A DNA stretch of 64,000 nt from Catajapyx aquilonaris. Taxonomy: Eukaryota. Position 1 is the stretch's first letter; every line of letters begins with the position of its first letter. A program made the translations under genes and the position numbers. Below are positions 47,922-60,861 of this stretch, in pieces. The notes beneath the pieces are model-generated. The model was given only the letters and a program-made list of their open reading frames with translations. It was not told the DNA's origin and did not search any database. The DNA lies in the NCBI GenBank assembly GCA_000934665.2, contig KZ538459.1, forward strand, positions 1 to 64,000, given 5' to 3'.

Positions 47922-50900
47922 ATGGAGGATATATTCCACATGTGCCGTGAAGGGAATGCTCTCCAAGTTCGTCTCTGGCTTGACGACACAGAGCATGATA
48001 TGAACCTGGGGTAAGTTAAAACTGGATGGCGCTTGTCTATTTTGATCAGGGGAGAGTGGCTGCTGTTCAAAATTAATGGCAGCTTAGATTTGGAGTTGAA
48101 AGCTGTTTATGTAACTTTTTGAATGCAAACTCCCCTCCAATGCCATGTAAGTTGTGGACCTACTCTTTTTTTTGTAACAGCATACCTTACCCCCAGCCAT
48201 TAATTCTCCACTTCTCAGCTTCAGTGTTTCCTTAATTAAAAAGGAAACACTGAAGCTGTCAGTGAGACACACAGACAAGCATGCGTGTGGTCTACAGAGC
48301 TACTGGCCTACTGCACAGATTAATTAACTTGATTTGATTTTGCACAAATTTCCATATCTGTATCGTGCAATTTTTTGTCACTCCCAGCGGCGTCATTTGG
48401 GGGGGGCAATCGCCCCCCCCCCCTCCCCGAGTTTTAGATGTAAAAAATAAATAAATTGTTTGCACCTATGACATATTAACAGCACATGCATGTAAATTAC
48501 CCACATGCAATATAAGAAGTAAACTATAAGTGGAAAGGGGAAAATCATGAACAATAGTTCATTTATGAGGAATAAGGAGGGGATACGTGAATATGTCACG
48601 CGATAAACATATAACTGACTGCTATAATATCTGGTTTTCGATTATCAGGACACATCTCACCCCAATTGGAAAACTCCAATAAAGAAATTGATTTTTGATC
48701 AACCCATTAGTAGGCAAACAGGCTGCACTTTGAGGACCACTGCTCTAGATCTGCAGCCACCAGTGTGTTCTAAGAGTCCATAAAGTCTGCAAGCTCATCA
48801 GAAAATTAAATGTCTGCATTTACTCCTTAAAAGATGGCAATGCAAAATTACTGAGGGTTAACCACTTGTGTACTCAGGTGTACGCTTGGAAGTGCAATGG
48901 TTATCTCGCAAAAATTCCTTAATTTCAAGGGCAGCAGTCAATATGCAGCATGTGTGAACCATGATGTAGAATTGTAGATAGTAATGATATCAGTGTGACT
49001 TCCATGTGAGTCCTGATGGATTTCTGTTCTCCCTTCTTCATAACGTGCCATTGCAGCATCTCCTTGCCATAAGCTGTTTACATTATTAGATACATGGTAC
49101 ATTTTTTGCAGTGATGACCATGGGTTCAGCCCCCTCCATTGGTCTTGCAAGGAAGGTCACATGAAGATAGTGGAGATGCTTCTCCAGAGGGGAGTGAGAG
49201 TTGGGGCCACCAACATGGGAGATGATACTCCTCTCCACCTGGCAGTTGCCCACGGACACAGGGAAATTGCTCTCCTTGTAAGTAAAGCCATACAACCACT
49301 TATCCCAACCATCCCTCTTTTAATTCACCTTACCTTTTCAGCTGTTGAAAAACAAAGCTGATCCAAACTGGGTAAATGAGCATGGGAACACCCCACTGCA
49401 CTATGCCTGTTTCTGGGGGTATCACCAATTGGCTGAGGACCTAATTGAATCTGGTGCTTCGGTGTCTGTCTCAAATAAGTATGGGGAGACAGCGCTAGAC
49501 AAGTGCAAAGGGGCCATGGCGCAGAGGCTGCATGGTAAGGTTTTGCTAGTACCAAATATCAAGCTAAAATAGTAGGGTACAAGTTAGTGGAAACAGCTCT
49601 ATACAGATGTTCCTATTGAAATGTTTGTTTCAGTTAGCAATTTTTCCACCAAGAGATTGTGCCTGATTTTCTTAAATTAAGCTGCTTATTTTGATCAGTT
49701 AATTTGGAATGGCTATTCCTGGTGAATTTCAAAAATATTAGTTAATAATATTCGATTGCATGGACCCATCCTTTTTAATGCTGCAATGATTCTGGCCTGA
49801 AAAAATGGGTTATATTAGGATGTTTGATGCCAATTGTTCAAATAGACCATTCCCAATCAGAAATTCATTGCAGTTCAGAGCTTGAATATATGATTAAATT
49901 TGGTCTAATATTATCAGCTAATACTTTTGATCATCTCAAAATGTGCTCCAAAATAACTGCTCAAAACTACGCTGCCTAAAGCGAAACAATTGCTAACTAA
50001 AACAGACACTTCTATTGGAAGACTATACATATGAGTGAGATTTAGTATTACGTTCCTTCAACATAATCCCTTCCCATGTATGCAATTGTCTACCACTCGT
50101 TTGGAAGGTGCCGAACTCCATCAGCACAGCTATTCTTGTTGAGATGTGCAAGAGATTGCCTTATTGTTTTCAAGATAGCATTTCTTGTGTAAAGTGGTTT
50201 CCTTGCAAGGGTGCTTTCAATTTTGCAAAATGCCATAATCTGCTATAGCAATATCATTCAGCATGATTCCTGAAGAACTAGTGAATATTTCTGAGTAGTG
50301 ATTTCTCTCTTTTTATCTATGCATGGTGCTCCGTCTTGCTGAACATGACTTTAGGGGGGTTCTGCCTGATGCCCAAATTCACAGCCTCACATGCTTGTAT
50401 ACTCTAATTGTCTAATGCCATGAACTTGCGAAACAAGGCCTATCTGACTTGCCACACAATCTACCACTACCAGTACCAGACACAACTGCACCATCCAGTG
50501 TTCATACAATGTGAAGTTGTAGTGTTGCCACTATTTTATATCCAGCCCTTGCGTGATATTGTTACATTACTATTACACTGTTTTATCATTGTGAGATGTT
50601 GGACATAGGAAGGACCCAAGGGTCTGAATATGGATGTATCAAAGCAATCATTCCAACATCTCATGTGCTTCTTACAATATTGTGACAACTGTAGTAGAAG
50701 CAGGATTTCCATGCTGAGGAAAAAATAGGATTTTACTTTATACTGACGTAGATGAGACTGTCTAGAATGTTGTAAAATAGTTTTTGGTCCAAAAATGTCC
50801 CTTCTAAATTAACACTTTGATATCATGACTTTCCAGAAGAAAATACAGTGAAACCTGTGTATTACAGAATCCCCAAAAATTTCCGTAATGGATAGGTTTC

Positions 50901-53900
50901 TGCTATACAGGGTGTAAATGAATTCAGGGGACAAACTTGTAGGGGTAATAGAGGGGACCAATACAAGTATTTTTGACATAGGAACCCATGTCCGGAAATG
51001 CCATCTAGAGGGGCTTCATAGACCAGGAACGGATGGGCTCAGACGCGTCAGGCGGGCGTCGTTAGCGAGCGGACCGTTTAGTTGCTAGGTGGCGCCTGGA
51101 TTGTACACAACTTCTCAATTTGCCATAACCTGGCAACAACAGAGCCACCTAACAACTAAAGTCAGCATGCTAGGTAGCGCATAGATAATAAACAACAACT
51201 CTGTTGTTGCCAGGTTATGGCGAATTGCGAAGTTGTGTACAATCCGCGCGCCACCTAGCAACTAAACGGTCCGCTCGCTAAAGCCGCCCGCCTGACGCAT
51301 CTGATCGCACCCGTTCCTTGTCTATGAACCCCCTCTAGATGGCGTTTCCAGACACGGGTTCCTATGTCAAAAATACTTGTATTGGTCCCCTCTATTACCC
51401 CTACAAGTTTGTCCCCTGAATTCATTTACACCCTGTATTCAGATCAAGGACATTACTGATATTATTTGCAGATGAGAAAGAGAGGAAAATGGGAGAGCAA
51501 AAGTAGGCACCTTACCTCAACATGGTGCAAAATCAGTCCATACAGTAGCATTTTTGTGAAAGTCTGCTTTGCCTGACGTAGTACTGCACATCTAAAAAAT
51601 GGCAGTTCCGTTAAAGTTGAAAATGTCCTACTTGGAATATCCTGAACAAACGCTTCCCACCTTCTCCTTCCAATTTTCTACTTTGAGATTCATGACACTT
51701 GCATCACCACACACTGTTTTTCATGAAATTCTGTGCCTGTTGCGGAAACTTTCCAACCACCCATTTGAAGCACTAAATTTTGTCACACCAAGTTTTTGGG
51801 CTATTAATTTTGCCTGCTCAATTGAACCATGGGCCCGGAAACGGGCAATACATTGAGCCTGTGTCAACCCCTTCCCCTTCCCCTACATTTTAACCCTGTA
51901 ATGCCCCTTGGGTCATATCTGGCACACCATTTAGTGCAATTTGGCACTTACAGGAAATATAAAAATTGTAAAAATTGCACTAAATTGTGTGCCAGATATG
52001 ACCCAAGGGGCATTACAGGGTTAAAACTGAACTGAACAGTGAAATAAACTTGAAGGCCTATGAATCACGAGTCACAATCTTCTTGGCCCTCCCGCAAGCC
52101 GTCTCTCCGTTTTCCAACCAATAATAGTCCCCTTTTTATGACCAATACGCCTGTTTTAAAGGCCACGAGCTGGTACCAATTCCAGCAATTATGAGACACA
52201 GTATGATATCGGATGGTCCAGAAAGGGTTACTCAGAGGCCTCCTGGGAAGGCCGAGAGTGAATCCGGCTGTAGTTTATATTTTTGTGACTAGCAGGAGAT
52301 AATGTGAACCTTCTTTATTTCCGTTATGAACAGAGATTTTCTCTGAAGGGAGCCAAAAATCCCTTCCATTTCCCCGTTGGGCAGGTTCTGTAATATCTGT
52401 CAAAAAACACATTGCGTGCCCTTTGCATACGCCCGTTCCCAGAAAAAAGAATCTGCAATGGATAGATTTCCACTATACCCAGGGTCCGTAATGGACATGT
52501 TTCACTGTATACATTTTTCTTGAGTAAAGTTTCTCATATGGAGAGAGCCCGTTCCCAGAAAAAAGAATCTGCAATGGATAGGTTTCCACTATACCCAGGG
52601 TCCGTAATGGACATGTTTCACTGTATACATTTTTCTTGAGTAAAGTTTCTCATATGGAGAGAGTTTATGTAGGTTCTCTTCATGGTCGTATGGGTTTTCT
52701 CGGGACTCTTCTGTTTCCTACCACAATAAAAATCAATCAGCAAAGCAGCTGATGATGAGAGTCAGTCAATAAAAGAGGAGTCCTTAAAATGCCACAGGCC
52801 TATACTGGGTAACTTCTTCATCATCATTTCCGAGTCACTTTTGAAGTTGTTGTTTTTGACCACTAATCTTGAGAACTCACTTGGTGATTGATGTTTAGGG
52901 AAACGCCCAAAACCACCAAAAGCCCTTCTAGAGTATTTTCAAGCATATGATCAAGTTAGTTTGTATTTGCAATCATTCAATCATAACACAAAAGATCTCA
53001 CATCTTCATTCAAGTGTTGTTTTGATGTTGAGAACCATGCCATTTATTTTGGAAGTTACCTGTAAGGTTTCTCAGCAACCAATCAGAGGATTCCACCAAT
53101 GGGTTACACCTTATTTTCTTAAAACAGGAATATTCATAATTGAGAAAGTGGTTCTATGAACTACTGTATATTTGAGTTGGCCTTGAAGAAGTTTCAAGCA
53201 ATTAAGACCAGCACATACTTAGAAGAAACCCTGTGTTTGAATTTGGTAGCAGGTCAGGAGTTCATTGGCTGTTCAGGTTAATCAACCTGCATGACAACTT
53301 CATCATTGAGATACAATGTAGATACTAGGGTAGAGCCTCACTGGGATACGGAAATCAATTATTGTATTTATCCTCTTTCAGAAATTGCCTCTATCACTTC
53401 AGAGTATTTGTTGGAACTTGCTGACATATTAATTTATGTGAAAATGTGTTCACATGTCATATCTCCCATTAGTGAATCACATCATACATTTCATATTGTG
53501 TTCGGCATTTATTTTTGTCTAAATACATGCGGAATATTGTGGTAAGGTTTTTATTGATGGTAAATGCTTGGATGCTTTTATAGAGCTGGCAGTGGAGCAA
53601 GGTCAGGACTTGCGAAAGATAATATTCAAGGACCAGAGCTGGCTGGGGCTGAAGACACGCAGTCGTGATGCAACCCTGTCTCGTCACAAGGGCATTGCAC
53701 TTCGTGAGCTCCAGCTGCAAACACGAGTGGGCAGCACACCAACTGGGGAGACCTGGAGGGGAAGGTGGCAAGGCAATGAAGTGGCTGCCAAGGCTTTGCG
53801 TGTTCGGGAATGCAGCTCCAGGGTTTCCAGAGACTTCCAAGAGGAATTCCCTAAGTTGCGGATCTTCTCACATGCCAATGTGCTGGGAGTGGTTGGATGC

Positions 53901-54453
53901 TGCAACAGCCCTCCAGACCTCATAGTGGTGTCCCAGTGGATGCCATTTGGTTCTCTCTATGACCTACTCCACCTGGGATCTTCCAGTCTTCTTGTTGATA
54001 CAGCACAAGCTCTCAGATTTGCATTACATGTTGCCCGGGGGATGGCCTTTTTGCATTCACTGGAGAGAAATGTGCCACAATATATGCTTAACAGTCATCA
54101 TGTTATGGTACGTAACTTGTAGCTTGCCTTAATAACAATGAAATTGGGTTCTGTCCATATATTGTTCCATTGTGCAACGTACAGTTGAGATCACTTCTGA
54201 TTATTGTTCACATTTATCTCAAGGTAACTTAGATCCCTATTGATGAAATCATGTTTGTAACAAACCTGATATTGGCATTTGTTCATGTCAGCTGAGAATA
54301 TATGTAGCTGGGATTAATTCTTTGCTCAAATCGTTTTGCTGTGTAGCAACATTACACTATACAGGGTGTTTCTTACTAGTATGGCCAACTGCCACCAGCA
54401 TATTCCTTGGGCCAAAACAAGTCGAAAATATAGGGGGTGGGGGGGGGGGGAGA

Positions 54454-54498
<45 letters not shown>

Positions 54499-57417
54499 GT
54501 CGGGGGACCAACTGTTAATGAGGTAGATGACCAGAAACCTTGGCTGGTGGTTTCCGAAGGAGCAGGATATGAGTGGTAATAATCACTTCTGTGAAAGAGG
54601 TGACCTCACAAATGCCAACAGTCATGATTATCATGCTCATATCCTGATCCTTCAGCAACCAACAGCCAATGTTTCTGGTCATCTACCTTCTTAACAGTTG
54701 TTCCCCCGACATTTCTCCCCCCTACATTTTCGATTTGTTTTGGCCATATTAGTAAGAAACACTCTGTATGCGATGTATTTCATAATTTATAATGGCGCTT
54801 ATATCCCTATCTGTTGAAATGTCACAGACTGTTCTATTTCAAGTTCATGTCTTGACTGCGCCAAATTTTAGTCAGTCAGTAGAACCGAATGGGCCCCTTC
54901 CCTGCACAGACCCCCAGCAATTACCTCTCTCTCTCCTTTTCCTCCTATTCAGGGTGCCAATAGGACTTCAATGGGACATAATAATTGGTAGTCCTTGGAG
55001 GTATTACGCAGATCTTTATTTAAACGCATCCATTACAATGTCCTTGTTCTGCTGCTGCGCCCTGGTCCGACGGGTGTAGGGGAGGAGGAGGTTCCCAAGG
55101 GAGGGCGCTCTTAAATAGGTTCTAGTCATTTCAGACCCTCTTAAATACAAGACCTTTTCTCCTGGCCCTGGGCAGAGAAGGGAGTACAATTCCTCCCAGA
55201 AATGTCGCGTGAAAAGCGGAAAAAGACCCAACCAAGCAGAGGTGATGGGGACAGGATTTGAACCCCGGACCTCCTGCTTGGCTGGACAGTAGCATAGCCA
55301 CTAGACCACCATGCCCCCATACTTATGGGACATATGCACATTTATGTAGGCTAAATTTGGAAAAACATGATATTTCCTCCAATATGTACACCCGCGAGCA
55401 TAAAGATGGAGACGGCAGGCCCTCACCTTCGGCAGGCTGCTCTGCCAATCTGAGCAATTACAGTATCAAATATACTGTCATAAATACATGAACACAAGCC
55501 TGAAGCAGCTAACTCGGTCCAAAAATAGTTCATTAATTTGAGTCGGATAAAGAAAGGTCAAAAAAGGGCCTGCCTTCTCTATCTTTATGCTCGCGGGGGT
55601 ACTTATCCTCATGATGTTCACTCAGAAAAGGATGGGATAGCATTACACTGCAATTGACTCTTATGGTTACATGAACGAGTTTTGTTGCTAATAATTCATT
55701 ATTGATGCAGGTTGATGAGGATCTTACTGCCAAGATCAACATGGCCGATGCAACATTCTCCTTTCAGAACAAGGGGAAGATGTGGCATCCCCAGTGGGTG
55801 GCACCTGAAGGTATAGTGCTTTTTTATGTTCAAGTAGAATCCCAACAGAGGGTGGATATAAATAATTATTGTGAATTTGTAACTACAGAAAGTTTTGTAG
55901 AAGTGTAGGCTACAGCTTTCTGCATAGCTGTAATGTTTACTGCATTATACAAAGATCATATTTAATTCTTCAGTTAACAAATGCACCAGAAAACATACAA
56001 AATATTTCTTGTCGCTCTGTGGCATTATAAACCCAGAGAGTTTATGGGTTAGGTTTTGGCTTAGCAACCTTGATTTGAATTGGAAGGCAGCTTTCCCATC
56101 CACCACTAACTTGTAAGTGGGCACTAGACTGAATCAAACACCATGCAACTGCAATGCCAGCTTCAACACTGGCATGCATTGCTCCATGAGGGTAGGGAGT
56201 TGCCAGACTTGTATTCTAAGACTGTGGATAAATCTGATACCAGACTGAGAGCTGGCTCCATCAAGAGTGCTTGAGGAATGAGTCGTGTTTGGGCCTGGGG
56301 TAAAAGGGCTACTTAAATGGTGCATTCTGCTCAGTAACTGTTCGTGAAACTGGTCCTGAATATCTGATGTGTTTAACAAAAAGGTTTTCTATGGGAAGAA
56401 GTGGCTTGTGTATCAGAAAATAAGAGAATTTAGGATTGTACGTAGTTTCCCAATCAGTACTGTTTTTCACATTGTTTGTGTCTGTCAAATTAAAATATCA
56501 AAGCAACACAGGCTTCAGATTGTGTTGTTTTTATCTTATCCTGGGAAACTTACCTGGGTCTGCTCTTTTCCCTGTAAAACAAACACATTTGAATCACTAG
56601 TTGCAGCTTGATACCACAGATTCATTTTGTCGCAAATACTCGGATTTTCCAAGCAATCATTTTAACATCAAATCTTTCTTCATCACAGCCAACCATGAAA
56701 AGTAGTTTACTTATTTCACTCAAGAAATGTATCTCAAGGCCGCTTCACAAACTCGGCGTTGCGAAAGCGGGGCGTGTGGGCCTTCCGCTCATCGCACGCA
56801 GAAAGTTCACCCCGTTGGACGCCAGCGCATCGCACACAGCATTTGTGAATAGCCCTTCGTTTTTCCGCCCTCCGCACGCCCCGCTCATGCAAATCCGAGT
56901 TTGTAAAACGGGCATTTCGCCCCGCTTTCACAACACCCGAGTTTGTGAAGCGGCCTTAATTGATCGACAGTGATTATTTGAATCTGAAACCCTGGCTATT
57001 ACTCCAAGAAATACAGGGAGGTGACTGGTGTTGACTTTCCTTTACCATCTGGTTTCTTGTTCAAAAATGAAATAGGTTTCAAATTCCACATCCATTTCAT
57101 GTATCTTGTTACTAATAGATGGTAACATGCCTATTACAGCTCTTCAGAAGAAAACCAGTGACATCAATGCCAAAGCTGCAGATATGTGGAGCTTTGCAAT
57201 TCTCTTGTGGGAGATGGCCACCCGTGATGTGCCTTTTGCTGACCTGACCCCAATGGAAGCAGGAATGAAAGTTGCACTGGAAGGTCTGAGGGTCACTGTG
57301 CCCCCTGGTCTGTCTCCACACTTAACCAAGCTGGTTCGCATCTGCATGAATGAGGATCCAGGACGTCGCCCTTCCTTTGACATGCTTATGCCTATATTGG
57401 ACAAGATGCAACGATAG
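47922..57417 (+). CDS. ILK: Integrin-linked kinase (ankyrin repeats + pseudokinase), 449 aa
   Basis: Exons 47922-48010, 49112-49277, 49342-49534, 53584-54107, 55711-55810 and 57140-57417 total 1350 nt. Protein: [40 protein letters not shown]...[15 protein letters not shown]...[13 protein letters not shown]...[12 protein letters not shown]...[14 protein letters not shown]. Confidence 0.98.
50045..50620 (-). pseudogene. Degraded mariner remnant
   Basis: Minus strand reads [11 protein letters not shown]...GRDYVEG, resembling the mariner C-terminus; boundaries approximate. Confidence 0.5.
50908..51435. mobile_element. Tc1-type foldback MITE nested in the Tigger element
   Basis: TA|CAGGGTGTAAATGAATTCAGG...CCTGAATTCATTTACACCCTG|TA; ~235-bp arms. 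Confidence 0.92.
51894..52020. mobile_element. piggyBac-like hairpin MITE nested in the Tigger element
   Basis: TTAA|CCCTGTAATGCCCCTTGGGTC...GACCCAAGGGGCATTACAGGG|TTAA. Confidence 0.9.
52431..52662 (+). repeat. 116-bp tandem duplication
   Basis: 52431-52546 and 52547-52662 differ at one position that I could see. Confidence 0.9.
54362..54766. mobile_element. Tc1-type foldback MITE containing (GA)n
   Basis: TA|CAGGGTGTTTCTTACTA...TAGTAAGAAACACTCTG|TA; the same terminus occurs at ~5870. Confidence 0.85.
55012..55318 (-). mobile_element. tRNA-derived SINE; 5'-truncated relative at 61404-61581
   Basis: Minus-strand head GGGGCATGGTGGTCTAGTGG...GGTTCAAATCC. The 61.4-kb copy shares the body and has a 16-bp TSD ACATCACAATGTATTT. 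Confidence 0.8.
56738..56955. mobile_element. GGCC-terminal MITE
   Basis: TCAA|GGCCGCTTCACAAACTCGG...CCGAGTTTGTGAAGCGGCC|TTAA. Confidence 0.85.
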
Positions 57418-57499
57418 TCATAGAACCCGGGTCAGTACATTGCAACATGTTTTTATTATGAAGGAACACAAAATGACAGGGAAGTAACACTTATGCATT

Positions 57500-60073
57500 T
57501 TAAAGCCTGAAATGTGGCCTGGGAGGTTTGCTGTTTGGGACTGCACCCCTTGTCCGCAGGACCCGGATGGCTTCCCGGAGGTGCTTAGGCTGAAGTGGTC
57601 CACTCTCTCCGTTTCTCTCCATCACATCCAGGGCTGGAAATAACATCACGTTAACAATCAGTGTAACCTGCTAACCTGTGATTAATGCTGCCTTACTTGC
57701 CCCTCTACTGTAAAATTTTAATGCTTCCAATTATGGAGAATCTCATATTGTTAGCCAGTGTTAGAGATGGCTCTAATTATTATATTGTGTATTATTTGTG
57801 CATTAAAAGATATCTTAAAACTAGTGAGCAATTCTTACCATCTTCCACAATTTCTCCCACGAAGACTTTGGCGATTCCAGACATAGCAATGACAACATTT
57901 TGGGACACGGAGCTGCCAGTGATGGTCTGCATAATCTGTGGAAGGAGATGGACATAATTATGGTTGGTTCAAAGTTACTTAATTGTACGAGGATTTCATC
58001 AGATGACATTAACTTTGGTTGTAACTTATCCATGTTTGTTATGTCTGGAGCAGCCCCCTGCAACTCCAACCCTAGCCTTATGGTGACAGGAGCGCACTTA
58101 CAGAGTCTCCGCCACCAAGGATTTGATGCTGCCAGCGCTCCATGGTCATCTTACGATTAGGGTGGCCGCCTTCTGAATCAACCCGAACCATCCTTTCCCC
58201 TGCAGCTGGGTCCGGAGCGCATTCGCAGACTCACCGGCCAGCCACCCGAATCGGAAGATGACCGTGGAGCACCGGCAGCACCAAATCCTGGGTGGCGGAG
58301 ACTCTTAACCCTTTGAGGCCTACGTGCATCATATGATGTCGTGAGCTTTTTTTGAATTTGGTGCGCTAGGATGTGCACAGAGAATTCGAAGTTTGTGTTC
58401 CAAATGCAGTTCATTATGCTCCTGCCATCTCTTGGATGGTGACTCAACTACCATAGCATTCCTAGAATCCCCCCCTGCTTCCGCAAAGTTGAGTCGTATA
58501 TGCCAAGGTTATTTTGTTCCCGCGTGATCGTTTAAGTAAACATGCGCCCTCAGTACAGGGTGTCCCATAAAGCCTGGACCCTTGGGAGTTTCTCATAGTA
58601 CAATGTTGTAATATTATGTAACCATAATAATAATAATGTATAGTGACTGAGTAAACTTGTTAGGCCTATTGACATCCTGATAGACAGACGATTCTAAAAA
58701 GATTATTTCTGGGACACCCTGTAGATGAAATTCTTCCACATTTTACATTCAAAAGAACCACTACGAATTAAAATGATTAATTTTGGCGCGAAGTTGTTAT
58801 TCATTAATGTCACTCCTACATCAAATTTTGGACAAAAAAGAGCGAGAAAACGGCCCAAAAACCTGCCAAAACTCCGCCGACAAAGGGTTACGTGTGCTCC
58901 TGTATCATAAGAGTTGCAGGGGGCTGCTGTGGAGTTTACTGAGCTTTCACAGAGACCATTTTTGCTGGAATGCATTCCTAATTACTGCAAATTGTGTATT
59001 TTTAAAGAAATATTTACGTGCATATTTTGATGTCTTATTTTGCAAAAAATAACTACGCTAGGCCCATTATAAACATGATCCGACACACTGACTGTCCTTT
59101 TATCATGCATACCCTTTTGATAGCAGCTTTGGGGAAAGCAGACCTCCTATACATCTCATATCGGTCAAGTTGGTCCTCAGTGAAGTTGGATACTAGCACT
59201 TGCATCTTCTCCCTTTCTTCTTCCACACCCCTCCTAGAACGAGTTGTCTCCTGTGACAGTCCTTCAAACTCAGATATTGAAGTAGATGGAGTTGATTGCG
59301 TTGACTGTGTTGATTGTGGCAAGGTTATGGATGGTGACTCAGGTAACGTTGACCTAGGTAGAATCAAGTCCCCCTCCCCACCATATGAGGAGGAGGAGGA
59401 CGTGGGGCTCTGAACCGGCTTACGTCCATCAGCACTGGCTGTACTGGCTGTTGTTGTTGTTGCCTGTGATGAAACAGCTGAGGTAGGGGTACACTGAGGT
59501 GAGGTGGCTATCGATGATGTTGACAGTGGGCTTTTGCGCTGGGGTGGTGTGAGCAGCTCTGCCAGAGGATCACTCAGCTGGGAAGAACTAGCTAGTTCAT
59601 CCGAGTCCATATCACCTAAACTAGATGAGTCTGAATCTGAACCACTAATGGTTCGTGTCGGTTGTCTATAGCTTCCCTGAAAATGTGTTCCAAGACATGT
59701 CAGCAAAATGGTGACATATGAACATATCAAAATCCATGCTTGACAGTGACATGCAAAATTTTATCAGTAATCTAATTAGCTTAGTAAAAGTTGCTCTGGA
59801 GAATTTATCAGCATATTAGATGCTGACTTGATGGTTGGCTAAATATTCGAACATTGTTACCTCCAGGCCGCTATCCAGTCTCATATGTTTGGCCGGCCTC
59901 TCCTCATCCTCCTCCTCATCATCGTCATCAATGCTTAAGTCCCTGGACAAGGAAGTCGACTTTTCGTTTGTTCCGTTATCCATACTTGCTGTCTTTTTTT
60001 CGCGCCCTGCAACTGCCTCACTCGATTCCCGACCTTCTCCCGCAGCATCAACAACTTGAGTGACAGACGCCAT
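57500..60073 (-). CDS. TAF11: TFIID subunit 11, 335 aa
   Basis: Exons 60073-59861, 59676-59113, 57935-57839 and 57633-57500 total 1008 nt. Histone-fold region [71 protein letters not shown]...[13 protein letters not shown]. Confidence 0.97.
58048..58930. mobile_element. Older foldback element in TAF11 intron 2, interrupted by the piggyBac-like MITE
   Basis: AGCAGCCCCCTGCAACTC / GAGTTGCAGGGGGCTGCT outer arms; GAGTCTCCGCCACC / GGTGGCGGAGACTC inner arms. Confidence 0.7.
58309..58887. mobile_element. piggyBac-like MITE, copy 2
   Basis: TTAA|CCCTTTG...CAAAGGG|TTAC; homologous to 5218-5796. Confidence 0.85.
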
Positions 60074-60099
60074 CTTGAATCTCACGCTTTTTCCTCAAG

Positions 60100-60420
60100 T
60101 CACTACGGCTATCACTGCTACAAAATATTAGCTATTAACAATAACGTATGTTCAAGCATTATCAACTGTGCATTAGTTGCTGACTTTACAACCAGTCGTG
60201 GAAACTTCAGAATTAGGCCTACTGACTGGATATTGCGGTTAATGCCCGAGATTATGCTTCTTCTGTACATCTGAATATGTGCAACGCCGTCAATATTAGC
60301 TATTTTAAATCACAACATTCTAGCAGTGACGCGATTTACAGCGTAGTGATATCCGCGCCATCTAGTGCCCCCAAAAATAACTAGCTGCTCAGTTTTCCCT
60401 ACGGTTACTCCGATTCTCAA
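60100..60420. promoter_or_regulatory. Putative bidirectional promoter (TAF11 / next plus-strand gene)
   Basis: CpG-rich; CTCF-like GCGCCATCTAGTG at 60355-60367; Inr-like TCAGTT at ~60389. Confidence 0.55.
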
Positions 60421-60829
60421 TTTTGTAGTGATCTTATTAGTTGGTGTACCGAATTGTGTGGCTCGCAGCTTCGGCATTCGGTATTGCTGGATCTGAGTGA
60501 CGAGCCTGAAACGCCTGAAAATCGGTGTATGATCCTGGTGGGAGGTCGTCGACCGGGGTTCAATTGTTTCTGTTCTCTCCCTCCTTTCCCCCGCCCAGCC
60601 ACCTCTCCTCGTCTACCTGCTGCCATCGTCAATGAAGAAATAGTGGGCCAAGATGGCGCTGACTCCCTCTGATTTCTTTCGTACTCTCCTCTTGGATGCA
60701 GGCAGGAACCACTTGTCTGCATAACCATTTCCTCTCATTTATTCGCACTGCCGCCTCATCACCTGAGCTGCCGTTCGCCCTACTGCCATCGCCTCGTAAC
60801 TCATCACTGCCATTTACTGCAGGACAACA

Positions 60830-60861
60830 ATGCAGCAGGACGTAGTGGATATGGCCAGCAG
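60830..60861 (+). CDS. Possible first coding exon of an unidentified gene (MQQDVVDMAS...)
   Basis: ACAATG context and donor CAG|GTTAGT after a GC-rich leader; downstream exons not identified. Confidence 0.35.

Larger units (their letters stand above)
50846..52507 (-). mobile_element. Tigger/pogo transposon with a pseudogenised CENP-B-type HTH fragment
   Basis: TA|CAGTGAAAC...GTTTCACTG|TA; minus strand ~51850-51590 reads [37 protein letters not shown]...GYSK*DIFN. Confidence 0.85.
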
